Below, in pieces: positions 38,822-47,947 of a stretch of DNA of 64,000 bases; the first letter of the stretch is position 1; every line of letters begins with the position of its first letter. The stretch spans positions 32,001 to 96,000 of the forward strand of contig JBDREQ010000076.1 in the NCBI GenBank assembly GCA_043819555.1, written 5' to 3'. The DNA comes from Candidatus Zixiibacteriota bacterium (GTDB lineage: Bacteria; Zixibacteria; MSB-5A5; GN15; JAAZOE01). A program made the translations under genes and the position numbers. The notes under the pieces are model-generated. The model worked only from the letters and a program-made list of their open reading frames with translations. It ran no database searches and was not told the DNA's origin.

Positions 38822-39892
38822 TTACCTCGCGGTCAGAGAGTCAACCGTTTTCTTATCCAGTTTCTTGACGACTTCCACAATCAATTTCAAAGTATTGTCA
38901 TAATCCTTGCGGTACATCATTGAATTATGGCTGTGAATGTACCTTGTCGGAGGCCCGATGTAAATCGACGGCACCCCGCTTCGACTCAAATGAATTCGCG
39001 ATCCATCGCCAGAGCCTCTTTCCATATATGAAAGATTATACGGTAATTTCATTCTTTTAGCCGTATCCATAAATAATTTCCTCAACCGGGTATTGGGAAT
39101 CATGCCGCCTTCATAAATCAATATCGACGGTCCTCCGCCAAACTTTTCCGGGCGACCTTTATATCCAGGAACATCAAGAGCAATACCGACGTCTATTATA
39201 ATCGCTACATTAGGTTTAGAAACATAGGCAATCGTATTGGCGCCCCGCAGTCCGACTTCTTCCTGCACCGATCCGGCCCCAATTATCAAATTGGGATGTT
39301 TGGCTTTTTTAAGCTTCCGCATAACTTCGACCACGAGAGCGCAGGCAATCCTATTATCAATCGCCTTGGCCATATAAACACTTTTATTATTCATTACGGT
39401 AAAATCACTATCGGGTACAATCGCATCGCCGATTTCTACACCCAACTTTTTGGTAATATCAAATTTCTCCATCCCGCCGACATCAATAAACATATCACCA
39501 ATATCCATTACTTTCTGCCGTTCTTCCGGCTTTAACAGATGCGGCGGCTTACTCCCGACTACGCCCAGCACGGGTCCTTTACTGGTCAGGACTTTCATCC
39601 GCTGTCCCAGGGCAACATGCCCCCACCAACCGCCCAGCGGCAGGAATTTGATAAAGCCATCCTTGGTAATCTCTTTGACCATGAAACCGATCTCATCCAT
39701 GTGCGAGTCGATCAATACGCGTGGAGAATCGGATGTTCCTTTCATGGTAGCCATGATCGAGCCGAGTTTATCGTATTGAATCTCCCCCAAATCCTCCAGA
39801 TAGGACGCCATCACCTTTGTAATATCTTCTTCGTGCCCCGAAGGCCCATAGGCATTGGTCATATCCCTTAATAATTCCTGTGTAAAATCCAT
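38822..39892 (-). CDS. M42 family aminopeptidase
   Basis: SGHE, SHMDEIG, KAIDNR, VQEEVGLRGA, RYIHSH. Confidence 0.94.
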   Translation of the reverse strand: MDFTQELLRDMTNAYGPSGHEEDITKVMASYLEDLGEIQYDKLGSIMATMKGTSDSPRVLIDSHMDEIGFMVKEITKDGFIKFLPLGGWWGHVALGQRMKVLTSKGPVLGVVGSKPPHLLKPEERQKVMDIGDMFIDVGGMEKFDITKKLGVEIGDAIVPDSDFTVMNNKSVYMAKAIDNRIACALVVEVMRKLKKAKHPNLIIGAGSVQEEVGLRGANTIAYVSKPNVAIIIDVGIALDVPGYKGRPEKFGGGPSILIYEGGMIPNTRLRKLFMDTAKRMKLPYNLSYMERGSGDGSRIHLSRSGVPSIYIGPPTRYIHSHNSMMYRKDYDNTLKLIVEVVKKLDKKTVDSLTAR

Positions 39893-39911
39893 TACCAAAC
39901 CTTTCTATTTT

Positions 39912-40646
39912 CTATGCGATAATTTTCAATAATTCATCCAGACGATGTATTACCGGAAAGCCATCCGGCATCGGTTCCGGGTACTCCCGGCCTTCACGGT
40001 ATTTCAAGACGCCGTTCATCCCAAGTTCCTGTGGACCGAGCACATCCTCAATAAATCTATCGCCAACATAAACCGTATTTTCCGGAGGCAAATCAATAAG
40101 TTTTAATCCGTACCGGTAAATATCCGGCCAGGGTTTGCGCCATCCAAAGTCGTAAGAATATATCCGAAAATCAAAGTACTGCATGATCTCATAATTGACC
40201 AAATCAACATCATGTTCGTCGCCGGGGAAAATTGTATTGGATATGATTCCCATCGGGATACCGCACTCTTTTAATCCACTCAAAGTCTCATATACTCCGT
40301 CGCAAAGAGTAATTCCATTGCGAACAATTTCATAAAATGTTGCGACAAACTTATTGCTTTGTTCAATTGGATCTCTAATTTCGAATTCCATTAACAACTT
40401 CTCGAATGCGGTATTAATTTTCCATTCCTTCAGAGTTTTCATCGCCATCTCACGAAACTCGTTTTTTATCTCTTCAAGTCGATTATTAAAAGTATCAAAA
40501 TCGGGAATGCCGCCGTTATGTTCAGCCAATTGCCTGTATCCGGCCTCCTGAGCTTCCTGAGTAATTTCCGGCCAGGGGCGATGTTCGAATTCAATCAGAG
40601 TCGATCCCAGATCAAAAATCACGCCCCTGATGTTACGATATTGCAT
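39912..40646 (-). CDS. HAD-IA family hydrolase
   Basis: IFDLGSTL, ISNT, RKP, YVGDRFIEDV. Confidence 0.88.
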   Translation of the reverse strand: MQYRNIRGVIFDLGSTLIEFEHRPWPEITQEAQEAGYRQLAEHNGGIPDFDTFNNRLEEIKNEFREMAMKTLKEWKINTAFEKLLMEFEIRDPIEQSNKFVATFYEIVRNGITLCDGVYETLSGLKECGIPMGIISNTIFPGDEHDVDLVNYEIMQYFDFRIYSYDFGWRKPWPDIYRYGLKLIDLPPENTVYVGDRFIEDVLGPQELGMNGVLKYREGREYPEPMPDGFPVIHRLDELLKIIA

Positions 40647-40647
40647 G

Positions 40648-41682
40648 TTATTCCTTATCCAATGCCAGATGACAGAGGTTTACAAGCAATTCATCAAAGG
40701 ATATCCCGGCTTCTTTGGCCGCCATCGGGAAAAGCGATAATTCGGTCATACCCGGCAAGGTATTTAGCTCGAGGCAGATATAATCATCGACATCTTTGAC
40801 AATAAAATCAACCCGCGCATAACCCCGGCATCCGATTGTCTGATAAAACCTAGAAGCATCATCAGAGAGCCTGTCGGCCAACTCATCGCTAATATTGGCC
40901 GGGCAAAAATACTGTGATTTCCCCTTTGTATATTTGCAGGTATAATCATATAATTTATGAGTTGGTTTGATTTCGACCGGAGGCAGAGTTAAACCATTGA
41001 GAACTGCGATTGTAATTTCCTGCCCTGAATAGTATGTTTCAGCCATAATCTGATGAGACGCGCCAAAAGCTTTTTCAAATGCCGGAGCCAGGTCCCCCAA
41101 ATCCTCGACCAGCGACAAGCCAACTGTTGAACCGCAATCAACCGGTTTGATAATCACTGGAATATCAAACTGAGTTGATATTTGATTAACCATTCCGACA
41201 ACTTGCTGCCCGCTTTCAAATACTTTCCAATATGCCGTGGGAATATTCAGAGTCTTCATTATCCTTTTGGATATATCTTTATTCATGGCAATCGCCGAAG
41301 CCGCCATAGGCGATCCCGTATATGGAATTTGCAAAAATTCCATTATGGCCTGAAAAGTTCCGTTTTCACCGAATCCGCCATGCAGTCCATTAAAAGCAAC
41401 ATCCAGCCCATTATCGCGAGCCTCGGATAGGTTGCCGATTAATTTCTCCATGCCCTTCTCTTGAGCCCCTTCGGGAATTGAGTAATCTTCAGAAGCAATT
41501 TTCTCCGTCCCGTGAATAAAGGATTCTTCAAAGAACTCACCCGACAAAGTATCGATGATGCGAACCGAATTACCGGTTGAAATCAAAGAAGCGGCAATTG
41601 CTCTCGCCGATTCGAGCGATACATCCCGTTCGCCCGATTCGCCTCCGGCCAATACGATAATATTAAGTTTTTTGTCTTCCAT
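40648..41682 (-). CDS. ddl: D-alanine--D-alanine ligase
   Basis: GGESGERDVSLES, LHGGFGENG, IPYTGS, YDYTCKY, ELNTLPGMT. Confidence 0.96.
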   Translation of the reverse strand: MEDKKLNIIVLAGGESGERDVSLESARAIAASLISTGNSVRIIDTLSGEFFEESFIHGTEKIASEDYSIPEGAQEKGMEKLIGNLSEARDNGLDVAFNGLHGGFGENGTFQAIMEFLQIPYTGSPMAASAIAMNKDISKRIMKTLNIPTAYWKVFESGQQVVGMVNQISTQFDIPVIIKPVDCGSTVGLSLVEDLGDLAPAFEKAFGASHQIMAETYYSGQEITIAVLNGLTLPPVEIKPTHKLYDYTCKYTKGKSQYFCPANISDELADRLSDDASRFYQTIGCRGYARVDFIVKDVDDYICLELNTLPGMTELSLFPMAAKEAGISFDELLVNLCHLALDKE

Positions 41683-42301
41683 GAATTATCCGCCTGATTA
41701 CAAAAACGACCCAAATTATAACAAACCCGCCGACTACAACCAAGACTATTTTGGAATATATATTAAACCATTCCAAAATATTATCCACGTAGGCGTGAAA
41801 AAGATACGCCGTAGCGATAAGTACTCCATGAAACAAAACGCTCGAAATATAAGAATAAGTAATCATTCGCACTGTGGGATAGCGGCTGATGCCGGCGCCT
41901 ATCGCAACCGCCACCCGGGCGCCGACAATAAAACGGCTGGCAAGCAATATCAACGCTCCATATTTATCGAACCAGCTATCAACCTGATTGACATCTTGAG
42001 CATTAAAAAATCTATAATTCTTCCTTTCGAAAAATTCCTTGCCGCCTCGATACCCTAATATATATACCAGCATTACCGAGGATATGGTTCCCAGAGTAAT
42101 AAATAATGCTGTTGGCAAAAGGCTCAATTTTCCGATTGCTGCCAGGTAACCGCCCACGATAGTAAATGTATCGCCCGGAATCGGGGGAAAAATATTTTCG
42201 AGAAAAGCAATACCAAAAAGTATCAGATAAATATATATTGGATTAACGCTGTCAACCAATGCCAGCGCTTCATTAAATCCGGCGGATAAAAATTCAATCA
42301 T
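41663..42301 (-). CDS. DedA family membrane protein
   Basis: FLENIFPPIPGD, WFDKYG...SRFIVGAR. Confidence 0.92.
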   Translation of the reverse strand: MIEFLSAGFNEALALVDSVNPIYIYLILFGIAFLENIFPPIPGDTFTIVGGYLAAIGKLSLLPTALFITLGTISSVMLVYILGYRGGKEFFERKNYRFFNAQDVNQVDSWFDKYGALILLASRFIVGARVAVAIGAGISRYPTVRMITYSYISSVLFHGVLIATAYLFHAYVDNILEWFNIYSKIVLVVVGGFVIIWVVFVIRRIIHGRQKT

Positions 42302-42798
42302 ATCGCTTTATACACGGCCGCAGCAGCCAGAGCGGCGATCCCTTCTTCCCGTCCTGCAAATCCGAGCTTTTCGGTCGTGGTTGCTTTAACATTAACCCGG
42401 CTTCTGTCAATTTGTAAAACTCCGGCTAACCGCTCCCGCATTTTATCAAGATATGCCGATAGTTTCGGCTTCTGGGCAATCACTGTCGCATCGATATTGG
42501 AGATACTCCAGCCGCTCGATTTTACTTTCAAAACAGTATTTTCAAGCAAAAACATTGAACTGATATTGCGATACGCCTCATTACTATCAGGATAATGGCC
42601 TCCAATATCGCCCAATCCAACGGCCCCCAAAAGAGCGTCTATGATGGCATGGACTAATACATCGGCGTCGCTATGCCCCGAAAGTCCAAATTCATATTCG
42701 ATCTCAACCCCGCCCAATGTCAATTTGCGATTTTTGGCAAAAGCATGCACATCAAAACCACTTCCAACTCTAAAATCTGACACCTGTTTCTCCTTCAA
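42298..42798 (-). CDS. ispF: 2-C-methyl-D-erythritol 2,4-cyclodiphosphate synthase
   Basis: GSGFDVH, GHSDADVLVHA, GDIG, KATTTEKLGF.GREEG. Confidence 0.97.
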   Translation of the reverse strand: MKEKQVSDFRVGSGFDVHAFAKNRKLTLGGVEIEYEFGLSGHSDADVLVHAIIDALLGAVGLGDIGGHYPDSNEAYRNISSMFLLENTVLKVKSSGWSISNIDATVIAQKPKLSAYLDKMRERLAGVLQIDRSRVNVKATTTEKLGFAGREEGIAALAAAAVYKAI

Positions 42799-43477
42799 GT
42801 AACATTGTGAAATACTTCAGATCATCCTTAGTGGTCAGTTTCGGATTGGGGCCGGATGACGGAATCAGCTTGACCATAAAACCGAGATTTTCTACCAGCG
42901 AGGCGTCATCGGTCGCCTCCAGCCCTTTTTCCTTTCCTTTCAAATATGCTTCTTTTATGAGATCATATTGAAATACCTGCGGGGTTTCGGCGAGATACAA
43001 ATTCTTGCGATCAATTGTCGCCATAATTACTCCATCTCGGGATCGCTTCACTGTTTCGGAAACCGGCCGCGCCAATATCGCCGCTCGATTATTACGGGCT
43101 TCCAGAGTAACCAGATCAATATCTGAAGGTTTCACCAGAGGCCTGACGGAATCATGTATGGCCACGAAACCGGCCGATATGGGAAGTGACTCCAATCCCT
43201 TCATCACTGATTCCATTCTCGTCTCTCCCCCTGGAACAATTTTGGCTACTTTTCTAAAATCGTAGGGATTGACAACCTGATTATTAACGTACAGCAAATA
43301 ATCTTCGGCAGCTACAATGACAATCGCGTCGATCGTCTGTGCGACCTCAAAACGTGAAATCGTCCAGCTTATAACCGGTTTTCCGGCAACTAATTGATAT
43401 TGTTTGGGTATTCCCCCGCCGAATCTCCTCCCACTTCCTCCCGCGACTATTAAGGCATAGGTCTTCATAAGTTTCAT
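42770..43477 (-). CDS. ispD: 2-C-methyl-D-erythritol 4-phosphate cytidylyltransferase
   Basis: AGGSGRRF...PKQY, GGETRMESV, IHDSVRP, TPQVF, TDDAS. Confidence 0.95.
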   Translation of the reverse strand: MKLMKTYALIVAGGSGRRFGGGIPKQYQLVAGKPVISWTISRFEVAQTIDAIVIVAAEDYLLYVNNQVVNPYDFRKVAKIVPGGETRMESVMKGLESLPISAGFVAIHDSVRPLVKPSDIDLVTLEARNNRAAILARPVSETVKRSRDGVIMATIDRKNLYLAETPQVFQYDLIKEAYLKGKEKGLEATDDASLVENLGFMVKLIPSSGPNPKLTTKDDLKYFTMLLEGETGVRF

Positions 43478-43516
43478 AATACTACAGTTTTTACATCGGG
43501 TAAAGTCAAAACAGCT

Positions 43517-44542
43517 TTACAAAATCAGCATGCAGTCGCCATAGCTGTAAAAACGGTACTTTTTTTCAACTGCATGCCGGTACGCTTCAAACAAAAATTC
43601 TTTGCCGCAAAATGCAGCCACCAGCATTAAGAGTGAAGTTTTGGGTAAATGAAAATTCGTAATCAAACTGTTAACAATTTTATAATTGTATGGGGGATAT
43701 ATAAATAAATCAACAAGTTTAGATATTGGTTTAAGTGTGGCGTCTGTCGCAGAAGCATATTCTAAAGTTCTGATTGAGGTCGTGCCCACCGCCAATAGCT
43801 TTTTCCCACAGGCTTTTTTCTCGTTTATTGACCGTGCGATTTCATCCGATATATGCGCCATTTCCGCATCAATTATATGATCTTCTATGCTTTCAGAGGT
43901 CACCGGTTTGAATGTCCCGGGACCGACATGAAGAGTCAATTTTTCAATTGAGATTCCGTTGGAATTCAACTTATCAATAATCAGCTTATCAAAATGCAAT
44001 CCGGCCGTGGGCGCCGCAACCGATCCCGATGAATCGGCATAAATAGTTTGATATCTGTTTATGTCTTCTTCCGTCGCTGTGCGTTTGATATAGGGAGGCA
44101 GCGGAACAAGCCCGAATTTCTCAATTATCTTATTTTCAATTTCGCTCGAATCAAATTCAATAATCCGTTCGACCTGCCCGGGATTATTAATTGCGGTTAT
44201 GTATAAAAAATCAGAAAAATAGATCTTCTCTTTTTTCTTAATTCGTCCTGAGGGTCTAATCAGAGCTATCCATCTATTGCCCGACTCGCGCCGAACAAGA
44301 AATATCTCGACTTTTCCCCCAGTGCCCCGCTTTCCAAACAATCGAGCCTTAAATACTTTACTATCATTAACCACCAAAAAATAAGAATCATCAATTATCT
44401 CCGGCAGTTCATAAAAATACCTGTCTGAAATCGAATGAGTGCTTCTGTCGAGAACCATCATTTTCGATTCCGACCGTTTGTCAGCCGGGTATTGAGCGAT
44501 TAATTCTGGGGGTAATTGATAATCAAAATCTGATAATTTCAT
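43517..44542 (-). CDS. queA: S-adenosylmethionine:tRNA ribosyltransferase-isomerase
   Basis: FDYQLPPELIAQYP, PLPPYIKR, AAPTAGLHF, TNFHLP, YRFYSYGD. Confidence 0.97.
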   Translation of the reverse strand: MKLSDFDYQLPPELIAQYPADKRSESKMMVLDRSTHSISDRYFYELPEIIDDSYFLVVNDSKVFKARLFGKRGTGGKVEIFLVRRESGNRWIALIRPSGRIKKKEKIYFSDFLYITAINNPGQVERIIEFDSSEIENKIIEKFGLVPLPPYIKRTATEEDINRYQTIYADSSGSVAAPTAGLHFDKLIIDKLNSNGISIEKLTLHVGPGTFKPVTSESIEDHIIDAEMAHISDEIARSINEKKACGKKLLAVGTTSIRTLEYASATDATLKPISKLVDLFIYPPYNYKIVNSLITNFHLPKTSLLMLVAAFCGKEFLFEAYRHAVEKKYRFYSYGDCMLIL

Positions 44543-44596
44543 TTTGTCAAAAACAGATTAAGGATGATTGTGAGAATAAACGACTCATAACAATGA

Positions 44597-45628
44597 TTAG
44601 AATAAAGATTCCTGCGGACCGGACGATTCGCCTTTTTTGATTCCAAGATGTTCATAGGCCATATCGGTCGCCACTCTGCCCCGCCTGGTTCTCTGGATAA
44701 GTCCGATTTTCAGCAGATAAGGTTCGACCATATCGACCAGAGTGTCGCTTTCTTCATTGAGTGTTGTCGCGATTGTATCAAGTCCCACCGGACCGCCTTT
44801 GTAATAATCAATTATCACTTTGATGTAACTCCGGTCGAGCTTATCCAGTCCGATATTATCGATCCCTTCGAGTCTCAGCGCTTTCTCAGCAATACCGGCA
44901 TCTATCGTTCCATCGCCTTTGACCTGGCAATAATCCCGAACACGGCGCAGCAGACGATTGGCTACTCGAGGAGTTCCTCGGCTCCGTTTTCCTATAATAA
45001 ATGACGCTTCCTCATCAATATTTATTTCCATTAATCCCGATGATCGCCTGACCACTTCCGCCAACTCTTCAGTTCCATAGAAATCAATATGATGATAAAT
45101 CCCGAAACGGTCGCGCAGCGGCGCCGACAGCATCCCCGCCCGGGTAGTAGCCCCAACCATCGTAAATTGCTTCAACGGCATATTTATTACTCTGGAAAAC
45201 GCGCCTTTATCAACCAAAAATTCAATTCTAAAATCTTCAAGGGCAGGGTACAAAAACTCTTCCACGACCGGATTCAATCGATGTATTTCATCAATGAATA
45301 AAACATCTCCCCGCTTGAGGTTGGTCAAAATACCCATCAAGTCGCCGGATCTGGTCAACGACGGTCCCGAAGTGCAGACAATATTGGCGCCCATTTCTTT
45401 GGCCAGGATAAACGCCAGGGTAGTTTTCCCCAGTCCGGGCGGGCCATAATAAAGGATATGCTCGTGCGGCTCATCGCGCCCTTGGGCGGCCTGAATTGAT
45501 AGGCGCATTTTCTCAACCAGATTGGTCTGCCCGATATACTCATCCAGCGTTTCCGGACGCAGGGATAATATCGCTTTTTCCTCGTCCGGTTTTCCTGCTT
45601 CTGGTGAAATAACACGATCGCGTTTCAT
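44597..45628 (-). CDS. ruvB: Holliday junction helicase RuvB
   Basis: LRP...EYIGQ, GPPGLGKTT, FIDEIHR, GATTR, RGTPRVANRLLRRVRD. Confidence 0.98.
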   Translation of the reverse strand: MKRDRVISPEAGKPDEEKAILSLRPETLDEYIGQTNLVEKMRLSIQAAQGRDEPHEHILYYGPPGLGKTTLAFILAKEMGANIVCTSGPSLTRSGDLMGILTNLKRGDVLFIDEIHRLNPVVEEFLYPALEDFRIEFLVDKGAFSRVINMPLKQFTMVGATTRAGMLSAPLRDRFGIYHHIDFYGTEELAEVVRRSSGLMEINIDEEASFIIGKRSRGTPRVANRLLRRVRDYCQVKGDGTIDAGIAEKALRLEGIDNIGLDKLDRSYIKVIIDYYKGGPVGLDTIATTLNEESDTLVDMVEPYLLKIGLIQRTRRGRVATDMAYEHLGIKKGESSGPQESLF

Positions 45629-46266
45629 GTCACTGCCTTAGTTTCCATCGTGAAAATTATATTCATCATCTCTTCGGTCGATTTAACATCGGGATTTAAT
45701 TCCATAACTTTTTTCAGCATATTATCGATTTCGGCCGGCTTATAACCAAGCTGACTCAGCACCTCAAAAATCTCATCCTCAAAATCAACTTTGAGTTTAT
45801 CAGGAATCGAAAGAGGACGATCGCTGCGCGATAATGCGAATTTTGTTGTCTTACCCGATAATTCCGCCACAATCTTTTCCGCCATGCGAGGCCCGATGCC
45901 GGGCAGTTTCTTCAGCAATGTCGTATCTTTATTTTCAATCGAGCGGGCAATATCCCGGACCGGCAGCGTCAGACATTTAAGAGCCTTTCGCACCCCGATA
46001 CCCGATACTGTGGTAAACAATTTAAAAAATTCTCTATCGGAAGATACCGTAAATCCGATCAATCTCGGAAACATATTCCCGCCGCCGCTCGATGATTCAA
46101 TGTAGTAATGAGTGTATAATATTACCGGATTATCTTCGCGGGCCTGTCGTTTGAGCGGTTCGGTCAATCCTGATGGTATCAATACTTCGTAAAATATCCC
46201 TTCCAGCTCCAGCGTCACCGAATCAATTCCAACGCTGTCGATTCTGCCTCGAATTTTATTTATCAC
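45625..46266 (-). CDS. ruvA: Holliday junction branch migration protein RuvA
   Basis: VSGIGVRKA and LPGIGPRMAEKI HhH motifs; L.QLGY C-terminal domain. Confidence 0.95.
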   Translation of the reverse strand: MINKIRGRIDSVGIDSVTLELEGIFYEVLIPSGLTEPLKRQAREDNPVILYTHYYIESSSGGGNMFPRLIGFTVSSDREFFKLFTTVSGIGVRKALKCLTLPVRDIARSIENKDTTLLKKLPGIGPRMAEKIVAELSGKTTKFALSRSDRPLSIPDKLKVDFEDEIFEVLSQLGYKPAEIDNMLKKVMELNPDVKSTEEMMNIIFTMETKAVT

Positions 46267-46751
46267 GCCAATATCATCCTTGAATTCTGATTAATATGAC
46301 ACAAGGCCACGGCTATGGCATCATAAGTATCGAGCGGTTCTGCCGGGCCGTTCAATCCCAGAATACTCGATGCCATTTCGCGCACCTGTTCCTTCGTCGC
46401 TCTTCCCTGTCCCACCAGAGAATTTTTTATCATTGTCGCGGGATAATGAGAAACCGGTAAATTTAATTGATTCGCCGCGGCCAGTATCGCTCCCCGGGCA
46501 TGAGCCATAATTATGGCTGTTTTAGGATGCTTATAATGCGAATACAAATCTTCCATGGCCATAAAATCCGGTTTGAATTCGGTAATAATATTGGTTATGC
46601 CCGAAAAAATCTCTCCGACTCGGCTTACCAAATCGGTTTCAATCTCAGGCCGCAAAACGCCCCCCTCAATCAAACATATTTTTTCAGATATTTTCTCAAC
46701 CAACCCATATCCAACCGTACGCAAACCGGGGTCTATCCCTAAAACGATCAT
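46263..46751 (-). CDS. ruvC: Crossover junction endodeoxyribonuclease RuvC
   Basis: LGIDPG, AMED, AHARG, GRATKEQV, DAIAVA; probable start ATG near 46751 (track ORF starts at 46772). Confidence 0.95.
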   Translation of the reverse strand: MIVLGIDPGLRTVGYGLVEKISEKICLIEGGVLRPEIETDLVSRVGEIFSGITNIITEFKPDFMAMEDLYSHYKHPKTAIIMAHARGAILAAANQLNLPVSHYPATMIKNSLVGQGRATKEQVREMASSILGLNGPAEPLDTYDAIAVALCHINQNSRMILA

Positions 46752-46752
46752 A

Positions 46753-47505
46753 TCATCCGCCGGACAATTCATCCATTATCTTATCATCGATATCAAAATT
46801 CGCCGAAACCTTCTGGACATCTTCCTGATTTTCAATTCCATCCAGAAGTTTCAAGAGAGATTCCGCCTGTTTCTTTTCCAGTTTGACAGTATTTTGAGGC
46901 AGGCGGCGAACTTCAGCCTCTAAAATCGGAAACTCTGCCTTTTCAATTGCGGAACGAACACTTTCCAAATCCCCGGGTTCAGTCGTGATTTCAAAAGCGT
47001 CTTCCTGGCTGTCCATATCCGAAGCTCCGGCTTCCAGCGCCACTTCCATTAAATTATCTTCATCAATGCCATCTTTATTGACGGTAATTATTCCTTTAGT
47101 ATCAAACATCCATGCCACGCAGCCGTTTTCGCCAAGATTGCCATTGTACTTGGAAAAGACATGTCTGATTTCGGCCACGGTTCGGTTTTTATTATCCGTC
47201 AGCGTATCAATAAAAATCGCCACCCCGCCGGGACCGTAACCTTCGTATGTGGCTTCCTCATAAATCGCTCCCGGAAGTTCGCCGGTACCCTTTTTAATTG
47301 CCTTCTTAATATTATCCGCCGGCATATTTGCCGCTTTTGCGATGGAAATCGCGGTGCGCAGTCGAGGATTGGCCTCGGGATCACCGCCGCCGTCCCGAGC
47401 GACAACCGTAATTTCTTTTATCAACCTGGTAAACATGCGGCCTCGAGCTGCATCGGCTTTGCCTTTTTTACGCTTAATCGTAGCCCATTTTGAGTGACCG
47501 GACAT
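46753..47505 (-). CDS. yebC: YebC/PmpR family protein
   Basis: MSGHSKWATIKRKK, NPRLR, YEGYGPGG, TDNKNRT. Confidence 0.97.
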   Translation of the reverse strand: MSGHSKWATIKRKKGKADAARGRMFTRLIKEITVVARDGGGDPEANPRLRTAISIAKAANMPADNIKKAIKKGTGELPGAIYEEATYEGYGPGGVAIFIDTLTDNKNRTVAEIRHVFSKYNGNLGENGCVAWMFDTKGIITVNKDGIDEDNLMEVALEAGASDMDSQEDAFEITTEPGDLESVRSAIEKAEFPILEAEVRRLPQNTVKLEKKQAESLLKLLDGIENQEDVQKVSANFDIDDKIMDELSGG

Positions 47506-47657
47506 AACTCCTCCGATTTATGCAGAAACAGTAAATCAATTTTAACATATTATAGTAGCCAAAAGATAACCTGTTGGCAATAGCAATATATGTCCAAAAA
47601 TCACTTTTTACAATACCCCGGATAATAACAATTTATAATCACATTGCGCTAATTATG

Positions 47658-47787
47658 TTTTCCCCTCTGGAGAGGGGCCGGGCATGTTATCTTCGCGTAG
47701 CCTTAATTCTCGAGCTGTCGTCATTGTTACTCTGCTAAACGCGCTGCCGGGTCCTGATTTCGCAAAGCGAAATTGTGGCCTGGCGGC
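47658..47787. repeat. Cluster of palindromic elements
   Basis: TTTTCCCCTCT-GG-AGAGGGG (related copy at 50815) and a 47-nt element at 47740-47786 related to 37322-37368. Confidence 0.7.
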
Positions 47788-47947
47788 ATTATTCCAATAA
47801 ATCGGGGCTTGGAGCAAAACAATTGACAAAATCGACATATTAGGTATTTTATTTATGAATATCAGATGTCCTCGTCTTCCGTATTAATAGTTAGTGGAGA
47901 GCATGAATGTACACCGGTTACGATAGAAAATTGCCGTGGGATCGCAT

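Noticed and set aside
47653..47838. 61-aa ORF or riboswitch upstream of yebC and the peptidase
   Set aside because: Explained by palindromic elements with copies elsewhere in the window; no riboswitch consensus recognised
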